A DNA stretch of 64,000 nucleotides, from positions 64,001-128,000 of the forward strand of contig CAXXMV010000006.1 in the NCBI GenBank assembly GCA_963662285.2. The letters are read 5' to 3'. This document shows positions 10,627-19,509 of this stretch, in pieces (within the stretch, counting starts at the first letter, position 1; each line of letters starts with the position of its first letter). The notes under the pieces were generated by a model. The model was not told the DNA's origin. It worked only from the letters and a program-made list of their open reading frames with translations, and did no database searches. The stretch comes from a bacterium (GTDB lineage Bacteria; Hinthialibacterota; Hinthialibacteria; Hinthialibacterales; Hinthialibacteraceae). Position numbers and translations under genes: made by a program.

Positions 10627-10740
10627 TAAAAACGGCAATTCAATTATAATAATAACGTCAATTGGAAAATCTAAGGTTATAGTAAACAAACCCTCTTGAA
10701 TTCTCCCCCAGGCTTGGGGGAGAGGGGTTTTGGGAAATAA
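10627..10740 (+). repeat. ~114-bp dispersed repeat (family 2), copy 1
   Basis: Matches reverse complement of 18512-18626 (CAATTCAATTATA..TAACGTCAATTGG..CCCCAGGCTTGGGGGAGAGGGGTTTTG). Confidence 0.8.
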
Positions 10741-10788
10741 GTGATTAAATCGTTTAGACTTAGTTATACAAAACACCTTAGTTATACA

Positions 10789-10825
10789 TCCCTCTCCCAA
10801 GATTGGGAGAGGTTAGGAGAGGGTT
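10789..10825 (+). repeat. CCCTCTCCC...GGGAGAGG palindromic REP-like unit
   Basis: CCCTCTCCCAAGATTGGGAGAGGTTAGGAGAGGG; relatives at 45729 and 60624. Confidence 0.65.
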
Positions 10826-11054
10826 GAAAACAGACGCCTTCGCAATAAAAATTCACTTTTATTATTTCACCTTACGGGTGATATTGAAAAATTAATATTG
10901 TTCTCTTATCTAGTTGATTCAAAGAGACTTATTTCTAGAGTATGAAACTTAACCGCTGTTTTTAGATAAATGATAATAGAACGATTTCCCGTCAGCGTCT
11001 AATCCTTTTTCCATAAAAGCACATGTTTTTATTATGATATAGAGTCAACTTGAT

Positions 11055-11094
11055 AAAAAAATCGCCTCAACTAATAAATAGTCGAGGCGATTTT
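11055..11094 (-). terminator. Intrinsic terminator downstream of 11165-13189
   Basis: AAAAAAATCGCCTCAACT...AGTCGAGGCGATTTT stem with U-tract on minus strand. Confidence 0.7.
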
Positions 11095-11100
11095 GCAGTA

Positions 11101-11130
11101 GCCAAGGGCAGTGTATTTATACCTTTGGCC
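11101..11130 (+). repeat. Degenerate CAAGGGC-type REP hairpin
   Basis: GCCAAGGGCAGTGTATTTATACCTTTGGC, similar to 13361-13389. Confidence 0.55.
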
Positions 11131-11164
11131 AAGTTAACATCTTTTGGGTTATTAAAATAGTGGA

Positions 11165-13189
11165 TTAATACAAATCCCAATTGGAAAGGCCTGTCTCTCC
11201 TCTTGTCTGGTAGACGTAAATCCGTCGTGCGTCCAGATCGGAAATAAACACAAAGGTTTCGTTTTGTGCAGTGTGCATGACAACCGCATCGGTGGGAGTT
11301 ACGAATGGACCGTTTGGAGATTCACTGCCATCCACCAGGGCCGCCGGATTTTCGGTGTCTGAAGGATTATAAAAAGCCATCACTGGTTGAGCGCCGGAAT
11401 AGTCAGGAACGATGATTTGATTGTTAACTGCATCGTACTCAATCAGCTGGCTATTAGCGCCGTAAGTTCCCGCTATTGCGCCTTGGGGAACGAAATGATT
11501 CTGAAAGTCCGAGTAACCATCCAGGTTATCGGCATTACCTCCGCTAAGTAAATTAACGCTGCCTAGCGGTTCACCCGCTTTTTGGCTGTTTCGCGAAATA
11601 TAGATATCTCCGGTATTTGGATTATAAGCCAGGTCGCGTTGATAGGTTTGGCCTCCACTAACTGCATGCAGCGATGCGCCATCCGATGAATTGAGGAATT
11701 CAACAGAATTAAAAGTGCTCACCGCAATAACTCCATCGGTTATGAAATCCACTCCATTGATACGTTTGCCGTAAGAAATGATTCCTCCCCCGAAATCAGC
11801 ATCCAATTCGAAATTAGGGGCTGGACTGAATTTACGCAAATTAGCGGTTCCGGCATTGCCTGTTTCCAAGGCGAGATAAACCGAACCATTGTTATCAACC
11901 ACGATTCCCATAAATCCACGGGAACCTGGAACATCAGTATCGGCGCCATCATCGATCATCTTATGGTTTTCCATGTTGTTGGCGTTTAGCGGATCGGCAA
12001 TGTAATAGCATCCCGTCATATTCGCTTCAGGAACAGAAAATAGCGTATAGTAAAGGCCGCCATTGGAATCAGCCGCCAAGGCCATGGGCGCTCCGGTTTC
12101 GGCCACTGTCTCAAAATCCATAACGTAGGTAAACGGATGATTAGACGTATTATCTATGGCGCCACTATCAGAATACTCACCTTCTCCACCCATCAAAAAG
12201 ACCATGATGCGGCCAGCCGCACTATCTGTAATAAAAACATAGGTTTCCCCGGCCTCATTAGTCCAGGCGACTGCATCCGAGGGACTGGAGAGTGGACCGT
12301 TTGGGGATTTGTAACCATACAAATTCATCACTGGCGCGCTTGTATCCGAAGGATTATAAAAAGCGATTGACTGGGGAGACGTCTCAAAATCAGGAATAAG
12401 AATCAAATCATTTACAGCATCATAATCAAGCAACTGGCCTTTGACTCCATAAGTTCCTCCTGATCCTCCCTGGGGAATAAAACCAGGCTGAATCTCTGCA
12501 TAACCTGATAAATCGTCCGGGGATCCACCTGCCAGCAGACTGGCGGAATTCAAGACGCCATCCACGCTCCGGTTTTTGGCTATATAAATTTCGTGCGTAT
12601 CTGGATTATATGCAACATCTCTTTGATATGTTTCTCCATCAGTTACTTCGTGAAGTATCTCACCGGTATTTGCATCTACGAATTGGATTGTGGAGAAAGT
12701 CGACACGGCTATTAGATCATCTGTGAGGATATCAACACCGGTATACCTGGCGCCGAAGATCATTCCCAAGTCAGCAAACTCATCCACCCAATCAAAGTCG
12801 GGAGCGGGACTTCGTTTTGTAATTGATGAAGTAGAATCGCTGCCGCTGTCCATTGCAAGATACACATTGCCGGAATTATCGACTGCCACGCCGACAAATC
12901 CCCGGCCTGCGGGAACGCTGGTATCATAACCGCCGTCCACCATAATATGTTCTTCCGGCGGTGGAGCGTCGAGTGGATTGGCAACATAAAAACAACCGGA
13001 AGTATCGGGATCGGGAGAGGATAACAGGGTGTAATAAATACCTCCATTTGAATCCGCTGCAATAGCTATCGGCTGTCCGAGATCTAAAGGAGTGGAAAAC
13101 TCGGTGACATATTTGAAAGATATAGGTTGAGCATAAACTCCAATAACGAGGAAAATCGACAAGAAAATACAAATTGAAATACGTTTCAT
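11165..13189 (-). CDS. Secreted tandem beta-propeller (NHL/SMP-30-like) protein with C-terminal WxL[YH] motif
   Basis: Signal peptide (VYA|Q); two ~315-aa internally duplicated halves (AADSNGGxYYT, TYQRDxAYNP, SPNGP); ends TGLSNWDLY. Confidence 0.75.
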   Translation of the reverse strand: MKRISICIFLSIFLVIGVYAQPISFKYVTEFSTPLDLGQPIAIAADSNGGIYYTLLSSPDPDTSGCFYVANPLDAPPPEEHIMVDGGYDTSVPAGRGFVGVAVDNSGNVYLAMDSGSDSTSSITKRSPAPDFDWVDEFADLGMIFGARYTGVDILTDDLIAVSTFSTIQFVDANTGEILHEVTDGETYQRDVAYNPDTHEIYIAKNRSVDGVLNSASLLAGGSPDDLSGYAEIQPGFIPQGGSGGTYGVKGQLLDYDAVNDLILIPDFETSPQSIAFYNPSDTSAPVMNLYGYKSPNGPLSSPSDAVAWTNEAGETYVFITDSAAGRIMVFLMGGEGEYSDSGAIDNTSNHPFTYVMDFETVAETGAPMALAADSNGGLYYTLFSVPEANMTGCYYIADPLNANNMENHKMIDDGADTDVPGSRGFMGIVVDNNGSVYLALETGNAGTANLRKFSPAPNFELDADFGGGIISYGKRINGVDFITDGVIAVSTFNSVEFLNSSDGASLHAVSGGQTYQRDLAYNPNTGDIYISRNSQKAGEPLGSVNLLSGGNADNLDGYSDFQNHFVPQGAIAGTYGANSQLIEYDAVNNQIIVPDYSGAQPVMAFYNPSDTENPAALVDGSESPNGPFVTPTDAVVMHTAQNETFVFISDLDARRIYVYQTRGETGLSNWDLY

Positions 13190-13355
13190 TAGTAAAAACT
13201 CCTGGATTAGTATTTGATAATCAATTCTACTCCAGTCTTATCTATTTAGAAATAGGGATATTTTTCAACCAAGAAAAAACGGCGGTTAATTTTGGTTATG
13301 TAGAAATAAGTTATTTTCAATAAGTTTGATAAGAGAATTTTATCAATTGTACGCT

Positions 13356-13515
13356 TGGGTGCCAAGGGCAGTGTATTTTCTGCCCTTGATTGTGTTCACC
13401 TGTTTTATTTCCAGAATTTCCATCAACGATCCACACGGTAGACTGAATCATAGGATTGGTTTCGTTTCGTATGGTTGTCAGTCAAGGGCAGAAAGGACAC
13501 TGCCCTTGGCACCCA
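13356..13515. repeat. REPIN-like inverted pair of CAAGGGC-type REP hairpins
   Basis: TGGGTGCCAAGGGCAGTGTATTTTCTGCCCTTGA (13356-13389) and its near-perfect reverse complement at 13482-13515. Confidence 0.8.
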
Positions 13516-13541
13516 AATATATGCGCCTGGTGATACTATCG

Positions 13542-13584
13542 AAAAAACCAACGCCCCAACCTATCAAATAGTTGGGGCGTTGGT
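13542..13584 (-). terminator. Intrinsic terminator of the BMC cassette
   Basis: ACCAACGCCCCAAC/GTTGGGGCGTTGGT stem with A-run on plus strand (U-tract on minus). Confidence 0.8.
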
Positions 13585-13603
13585 AATTTTATGTATCCAG
13601 CGT

Positions 13604-15034
13604 TTACACAAACCGCAGGGCGTTTTTGACTGCGAAGCGTTTGATCTTGCTGAAGGTTACCGGGGTGCATGGGCCTTCGCCTGTCGCGAAGGCGATGGTT
13701 AGGGCTGTATCGCCTTCTCCGCCGTTGCCCAGCGCTGTTCCGCAAGGTCCGTTGGCGACGAATAAGCCGGTGCGCATCAGTTTGGCGAATGTGGTGACGC
13801 GATCCATGCGCTGGCTGTGAATGATGGCGGTGTGACCGAAACCGTGTTCAGCTTGTTTGGAGTATTGCATCGCTTCTTCAAACGAGTTGACGCGTATAAT
13901 AGCCAAGACCGGCATCAGCATTTCGTGTTGAACGAAGGGATGGTTGCTATCCGTTTCGCAGATTAACAATTCACAGTTGTTTGGCACCTGGACTCCAACG
14001 GCCTGAGCGAGGACGGCGGCGTCTTTGCCGATGAAATCGCGGTTGACCAGGTCATCCGATGTGATAGTGGCGCGAACCAGCGCGTCGCGTTGCTGCGCAT
14101 TAAGCAGGTAGGCGCCGCGTTGTTGAATGGCTTGCATGAACTGATCATAAACCTGTGTAAGGACGAAACATTCCTTCTCGCATACGCAAGGCATGTTGTT
14201 GTCGAAGGTGGCGCCGGTATAAACGCTGTCAGCGGCGTTAGTCAAATCGGCTGTCTCATCTACGATTACCGGAGGATTGCCCGGCCCGGCTACGATAGCG
14301 CGATTGGGGCTTTGCATAGCCGCTTTAACCACAGCAGGGCCGCCAGTAGCCACTAAGAGTTCGATATCTTCATGGTTCATGATGATCTTTGCTGTGCGCA
14401 GGGTTGGTTTGCTAACCGATGTCATCAGGTTAGCCGGAGCGCCAACTGAGACTAAAGCGCGGTTGATGTCCTGCATGCTCTTCAGGGTGCATTCAACAGC
14501 GCCGGGGTGCGGCGCGAAAACAATGGCGTTGCCAGCGGAAAGCATGGCGATGGCATGGTTGATAACCGTAGCGACCGGATTGGTGGAAGGCGTAATAGTG
14601 CCGATTACGCCAAAGGGCACATACTCTTCCATCATGATTCCATTGTCACCCGTCACGCAATGCGTGGTTAGTTCCTCCATGCCGGGAGTTTTTTCAATTG
14701 CCAGACTATTTTTTAATATCTTATGATCCACCCGCCCCATGTTGGTGTCGCGCACTGTCAGTTCCGCCCATTCGCGGTTTTTCTGACGTGAGGTTTCACG
14801 GATCACTTCGATATAGTATTTGCGCTTTTCAAGTGTTATTTCGCGGAATTGATCAGAAGCGATTTTGGCTGCGCGGATAGCGTCTTCGATATCTTCGAAT
14901 ACGCCGTCGCGTCCACCGCTAACGGCGCCGCCCGCACATGCCGCCACATGACCGCTGCTGGATGGCGAACCGGTCTGCTTTTGTAATTCTTGTATAACTT
15001 TCTGAACAATTTGAGAAATTTGCTGATCATCCAT
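13604..15034 (-). CDS. CoA-acylating aldehyde dehydrogenase (EutE/PduP family) with N-terminal encapsulation peptide
   Basis: PSTNP, ATGGPAVV, GPGNPP, FDNNMPCVCEKE, ELxMP-type motif; N-terminal amphipathic helix DDQQISQIVQKVIQEL. Confidence 0.93.
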   Translation of the reverse strand: MDDQQISQIVQKVIQELQKQTGSPSSSGHVAACAGGAVSGGRDGVFEDIEDAIRAAKIASDQFREITLEKRKYYIEVIRETSRQKNREWAELTVRDTNMGRVDHKILKNSLAIEKTPGMEELTTHCVTGDNGIMMEEYVPFGVIGTITPSTNPVATVINHAIAMLSAGNAIVFAPHPGAVECTLKSMQDINRALVSVGAPANLMTSVSKPTLRTAKIIMNHEDIELLVATGGPAVVKAAMQSPNRAIVAGPGNPPVIVDETADLTNAADSVYTGATFDNNMPCVCEKECFVLTQVYDQFMQAIQQRGAYLLNAQQRDALVRATITSDDLVNRDFIGKDAAVLAQAVGVQVPNNCELLICETDSNHPFVQHEMLMPVLAIIRVNSFEEAMQYSKQAEHGFGHTAIIHSQRMDRVTTFAKLMRTGLFVANGPCGTALGNGGEGDTALTIAFATGEGPCTPVTFSKIKRFAVKNALRFV

Positions 15035-15040
15035 TATTTC

Positions 15041-15967
15041 TTATCTTCTTTCTCTGGATTGGGGAACGATGATCACTTCTATGCCCCGTTTATGCAATAA
15101 TTCCAAAGCCAGTGGGGTTATGAGTCCACCGCGCGAGGCTTTAACTACCGGGCCGCTGAGTTTGGCCGCGTCTTCTTCAGTTAATAAACAGGTAATAAGG
15201 TCTGCGCCGCTTTCCGCCCGGTTTAAGGTAACGCTGAATACTTCTTTAACGGCGTCTTCAGCAGGCATCAGTTTCATGCCCATTTTGGCCAGTTGCTCGC
15301 GGTATTTATCCAGTACATCCTGGATTCCGGGAACCTGGTTGCCGCAGACTACGCAGGCGGTTGGTTCTAATCCATCGTTAGACGCAACCACATTGGCTTT
15401 TTGAGCCAAAGCCGAAATGGTCATGTTAAGCGTCAACGAATCGGTGATGCCTAGAGCCAGTTTGGCTGCATGGGTGCGGCTGATGGATGGTATAAAGACC
15501 GACGAATAGCGCGACAGATCGTAGATGATCTCCCGCACTTCGTTTGGTTGATCTATAGTTCGTATGCCCAGCGCTTCAACCTCATCAGAAGAGATGACGT
15601 ACTGAGCGCTATTGGAGAATATGGCGTCCAGACGTACTCCTGCTGCGCGCCACTGGCGCATGGCTTCTGCCAGAACATCCCATTTTTCACGCGCTCCAGT
15701 AAAGAGAAGCAATATAGCCGGGCCGTCCAGTTTGGGTGGAGTTGGCTCGGCTGGCTTTACAAGAGGAACTTTTGCTGCGACTGAAGTTGATGAAATAGCA
15801 GGTATGCTAGGCGGAATCGGAGCGCTGCACGCTGGACCCTGGCAAGCGTTGGCGTCCAGGGTAACATTTTGATCGGGTGGTAAAGAGGCTTCTTCGGCGC
15901 GTTGACGTTCGCCAAGCGCTTTAGCGACCTCTTCAGTTATGATGCGTTCCAATTCATGAAAATCCAT
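15041..15967 (-). CDS. BMC-associated flavoprotein-like protein with encapsulation peptide
   Basis: N-terminal FHELERIITEEVAKAL helix plus Pro-rich linker; LLLFTGA...AAKLALGITDS core resembling the Flavoprotein family; C-terminal LLTEEDA...LITPLA domain. Confidence 0.7.
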   Translation of the reverse strand: MDFHELERIITEEVAKALGERQRAEEASLPPDQNVTLDANACQGPACSAPIPPSIPAISSTSVAAKVPLVKPAEPTPPKLDGPAILLLFTGAREKWDVLAEAMRQWRAAGVRLDAIFSNSAQYVISSDEVEALGIRTIDQPNEVREIIYDLSRYSSVFIPSISRTHAAKLALGITDSLTLNMTISALAQKANVVASNDGLEPTACVVCGNQVPGIQDVLDKYREQLAKMGMKLMPAEDAVKEVFSVTLNRAESGADLITCLLTEEDAAKLSGPVVKASRGGLITPLALELLHKRGIEVIIVPQSRERR

Positions 15968-16056
15968 ATCAGATTGCCGATCCAATAATATCAAATGATG
16001 TAAAACAAATTATTATTTAATGTACACTTAAATATACACTCTTAATTAATTCTCAA

Positions 16057-16752
16057 TTAAGAGATAATTTCCGCTTTTTCCCCGCCGCGAAGACCAGCGG
16101 CGTTACCGTCATCAGTGTCAAGATGCATTTCATCGAGAAAAGCCTCTCTGACCCTGAGTTGCACATCTTCAAAGACTGTCTTTTTGGCGGTTTCGATACG
16201 GACTTTAATAGTCTGGTTGTCAGTCAGTCCCCATTTTTCTGCGGATGTCGTAGATAGATGGAGATGGCGGTTGGCCTGTATGACTCCTCTTTCAAGATGA
16301 ACCACCCCTACCGGACCAGCCAGAATCAAGCGTGAACTTCCTTCATGGTTACCAGATGGTTTAACAGGGGGATCTATGCCCAAATAGATGGCGTCAGTAC
16401 GGGATACCTCAACTTGCGTTGCATCCCGCAATGGTCCAAGCACCCTTACGGCGCCCAGGCATCGCATTCGGGGGCCAATCAGAGTAACCGTCTGGTTCGC
16501 TGCAAATTCGCCGGGTTGATAGAGGCCTTTAAGCTCCTCTAACTCAAAACCCGGACCATATAGCACATCCAGGTCTTTGCGGCATAGGTGTAGATGGCGA
16601 ACCGAAACATTGACGGGAACCATTTTGCGTCCCGGTTGCTGCACTCCAAACTGAGGCGAGGCTGAGGCAGGTTGCTGCGCCTGCCGCATACGCGACACAA
16701 CGCGTTGAACCACCTGATCAACCAAAGAGTTGTCGATGAAGGAATCCACCAT
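16057..16752 (-). CDS. pduL: Phosphate acyltransferase PduL (PTAC) with encapsulation peptide
   Basis: SVRHLHL, QPGEFA, VRVLGPLR, TQVEVSRTD, RHLH, MHLDTDDGNAA. Confidence 0.95.
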   Translation of the reverse strand: MVDSFIDNSLVDQVVQRVVSRMRQAQQPASASPQFGVQQPGRKMVPVNVSVRHLHLCRKDLDVLYGPGFELEELKGLYQPGEFAANQTVTLIGPRMRCLGAVRVLGPLRDATQVEVSRTDAIYLGIDPPVKPSGNHEGSSRLILAGPVGVVHLERGVIQANRHLHLSTTSAEKWGLTDNQTIKVRIETAKKTVFEDVQLRVREAFLDEMHLDTDDGNAAGLRGGEKAEIIS

Positions 16753-16768
16753 CGTTTTTTAGTCCTAT

Positions 16769-16801
16769 AAAAACCAAGCGTGGCTTCTGGCCACGCTTGG
16801 T
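16769..16801 (-). terminator. Intra-operon terminator or stabilising hairpin after the BMC-H gene
   Basis: Minus strand ACCAAGCGTGGC-CAGAA-GCCACGCTTGGT-TTTT. Confidence 0.7.
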
Positions 16802-16865
16802 GGAATCGTCCGCTTGAAATGCAGAATGACGCTGCTTGTGACAATCCAGAGATAAAGCGTGCGCC

Positions 16866-17159
16866 TTATCCGTTTACAGGAAGAATTCCTTCGATGTCTG
16901 AATGAGGCCGGGGAATAACGTGAACCGAAACCACTTCACCCACTTTGCGGGCGGCGGCGGCTCCAGCGTCTGTAGCTGCTTTGACGGCGCCTACATCACC
17001 TCTTACCATAACTGTTACGTATCCGCCTCCGATTTTTTCTTTACCAACCAGAGTTACGCTTGCGGCTTTGACCATGGCGTCGGCTGCTTCTACAGCGCCA
17101 ACTAATCCACGAGTTTCAACAAGTCCCAGGGCTTTACCTTCCACGGGTTTGTCCTCCAT
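16866..17159 (-). CDS. BMC hexamer shell protein (PduA/EutM-like)
   Basis: [35 protein letters not shown]. Confidence 0.97.
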   Translation of the reverse strand: MEDKPVEGKALGLVETRGLVGAVEAADAMVKAASVTLVGKEKIGGGYVTVMVRGDVGAVKAATDAGAAAARKVGEVVSVHVIPRPHSDIEGILPVNG

Positions 17160-17444
17160 TTTTAATGTTGAACGTTCTAAAGGATCATACTTTATTAATA
17201 TATCGCAAATCCCTTATACGCTTTAAGTTCATCAATTCTTATGTATAAGCCTAATAAATTCATACAATCCTGTCAAGCCAGTGATGTTCTATCCATTGTT
17301 AATATTTTATGCGTCAAGTACAAATACTTGATTTTTGAATGCAGTTCAAGGAATTTTACTCGCTTGTGATCATATTCAGTCATCTAATAAGCCCAATTTT
17401 TATTGATTTCATTTTTGAATGAATATTCTATTATTCGGATTATT

Positions 17445-18314
17445 CTATATTTTTTCAAAAGTAGTCTTACGGATGGCCAGTTGGAATGGAGCGTCTTGCA
17501 ATGATGGAAAACGATCCATTTGCATATCGAACTTATCAAGCAACTTTTCATCGAGAGTTGTTTGATCCTTGCAGGCAGCTAAGGGGTCATCATAATCTAA
17601 ATGCATGATAGAACTGCTCTGCTCATCCATAGTGAAGATATAGTGCAGGATGCTGGTTCTATTATCTATGGGTAGTTTAGTTTTCATGTCGATGGGGATT
17701 TCCAGGGTGATATCCTCCATTAAACCTTCACGTTCCGGGCGGTACTGACGATGAAGGAAAAGGCAGGCGGCCACTTTGTTTTCGACTTTATGATCGTATA
17801 TATAAGTTTGGCATTCGGGGAACAGTTCAATAAAGCGCTGAGCCTTTGGATTGCGTAATGCCAGCGAGCGTATTTTGGTGGGCCTAATGCGTTCTGACGC
17901 CTGCTTTTTAGCCCAGCGGTTATAGGTCATGGGCGTCAAGGCCAGGGGGATTAAGAGCGTTACAAGCGCCGTTCCCGGATAGGCGATTAATAATCGAATT
18001 GGCATACTACAAAACATTGGCAGTATCACCAAACTCAACAAGAAGGCTTCTATGATATGAAGCCCGAACAGGGCGCCGGTCAGTTTGATCAGCAGTCTTT
18101 GATATCCTTGAGAGATTTCTTCTTGATTGATTCTTGATTTTAAGAACCAATATAATAGCCCGAACCAATAGAAACTGATCATCATTTCCGTCAGCCAAAA
18201 AGGGAAAACCCAGGTCGGCTCCCCGCCCAGTGAACTGGAAAGAAACATCATGCAGGCGAATGTCAGTAAGATTGAGATAACAGTAAAGAGAAAACAGCCG
18301 ATCAACATTGTCAC
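17445..18314 (-). CDS. Hypothetical membrane protein (4 TM + soluble C-terminal domain), paralogue of 18646-19506
   Basis: Hydrophobic N-half; shares AxxFIxxFPxCxTY, CLFxHR, EDxxxEIPxDM, RFPSLxxAPFxLAxR with its neighbour. Confidence 0.75.
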   Translation of the reverse strand: MTMLIGCFLFTVISILLTFACMMFLSSSLGGEPTWVFPFWLTEMMISFYWFGLLYWFLKSRINQEEISQGYQRLLIKLTGALFGLHIIEAFLLSLVILPMFCSMPIRLLIAYPGTALVTLLIPLALTPMTYNRWAKKQASERIRPTKIRSLALRNPKAQRFIELFPECQTYIYDHKVENKVAACLFLHRQYRPEREGLMEDITLEIPIDMKTKLPIDNRTSILHYIFTMDEQSSSIMHLDYDDPLAACKDQTTLDEKLLDKFDMQMDRFPSLQDAPFQLAIRKTTFEKI

Positions 18315-18511
18315 CCTCGTTGAGCGTGTAGTATATAGGTTATCCTGGAAACGGCGGTCGCTTTATACGATGTCTATTATAAGTCGCTTGCAATCAGTAT
18401 GATAACATATAACGATTCAATTAAATATCACATCAAAAGGTTAACTCGATATTGTTGGATATTCTTATACGAAGATTGCCATTATCAACCCTCTTCAAAC
18501 AAAATATCCGG

Positions 18512-18626
18512 TTATATCTCAAAACCCCTCTCCCCCAAGCCTGGGGTCATTCACAAGAGGGGGTTGTTATCAAAAACCAGAGAATTGCCAATTGACGTTA
18601 AAAATATAATTGAATTGTCGTTTTTA
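18512..18626 (-). repeat. ~114-bp dispersed repeat (family 2), copy 2
   Basis: Reverse complement aligns to 10627-10740. Confidence 0.8.
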
Positions 18627-18645
18627 TGGTTGTTGATAAATCCTT

Positions 18646-19506
18646 TTACTCCGCATTGACCTGTTCAAACGCCGCGTCGCGTACTGCAAGCGAAAACGGC
18701 GCCTCGTGCAGAGACGGGAAACGGTAAAACGATGCGTTGAATTTCTCCATGATATCACCATCTAACGGTGAGTCATCCTGGTGTTGCTTAATGATATCAT
18801 CGCAGGGTAATTGGTATACCGCGCTTTTATCTTTTTGAGTTTGGAATATATAGCGCTGTGTTTTAATCCTGGCGCATTGTGGTTTTCGAGAACTCATATC
18901 AACCGGAATTTCAATCACCGCGTCTTCAGTTACTCCGTCATATTCAGGGCGGGGTTTGCGGTGTACGAACAGGCAGGATGCGTATTGATTCTTGAATGCT
19001 TTATCGCACACGTATGTTTTGCAGTCCGGGAAAGCATCTATAAATGCTTGAGCCGCATCGCACTGCAGGGCTATGTTGCGGATTACTTGCGGATCAATGC
19101 GTTCCTCTTCCATTTTTCTCTTAAACTTTGGATAGAAGATAACCGCCAGTTGCATGGGGATGGCGACGATAATAATGTAGTTAATTGGATAAGCGATAAG
19201 CAGCCGAAGCCCCCAGCTGATGCTAAGTAAAGGAAGAATGGCGAAGGTAAGTAAATATGCTGTAACCAGGTGCGTTATAAAGACATAACCTAGCATAGGT
19301 TTGAGATCCCAGACGAAATAGGATCGGTCTTTGGTTAGATCACAGAATTTTCGATTGAGTGATCCTAATACTCCAGCAAACCAATAAAAACTAAAGAGCG
19401 CCTCCCATAACCATGCAGGAAATACATTTACGCCAGTAAACATCATAATTATTGCAGCGACTAGTATTTCTATCGTTACAATTACAAAACAGAATGCAGA
19501 TAACAT
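18646..19506 (-). CDS. Hypothetical membrane protein, paralogue of 17445-18314
   Basis: Same architecture and motifs as 17445-18314. Confidence 0.75.
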   Translation of the reverse strand: MLSAFCFVIVTIEILVAAIIMMFTGVNVFPAWLWEALFSFYWFAGVLGSLNRKFCDLTKDRSYFVWDLKPMLGYVFITHLVTAYLLTFAILPLLSISWGLRLLIAYPINYIIIVAIPMQLAVIFYPKFKRKMEEERIDPQVIRNIALQCDAAQAFIDAFPDCKTYVCDKAFKNQYASCLFVHRKPRPEYDGVTEDAVIEIPVDMSSRKPQCARIKTQRYIFQTQKDKSAVYQLPCDDIIKQHQDDSPLDGDIMEKFNASFYRFPSLHEAPFSLAVRDAAFEQVNAE

Positions 19507-19509
19507 AAT

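Noticed and set aside
10558-10800. Short ORFs over repeat DNA (also 13326-13571, 18399-18659, 42573-42794, 45723-45908, 49954-50172)
   Set aside because: They are translations of the dispersed repeats, not independent genes
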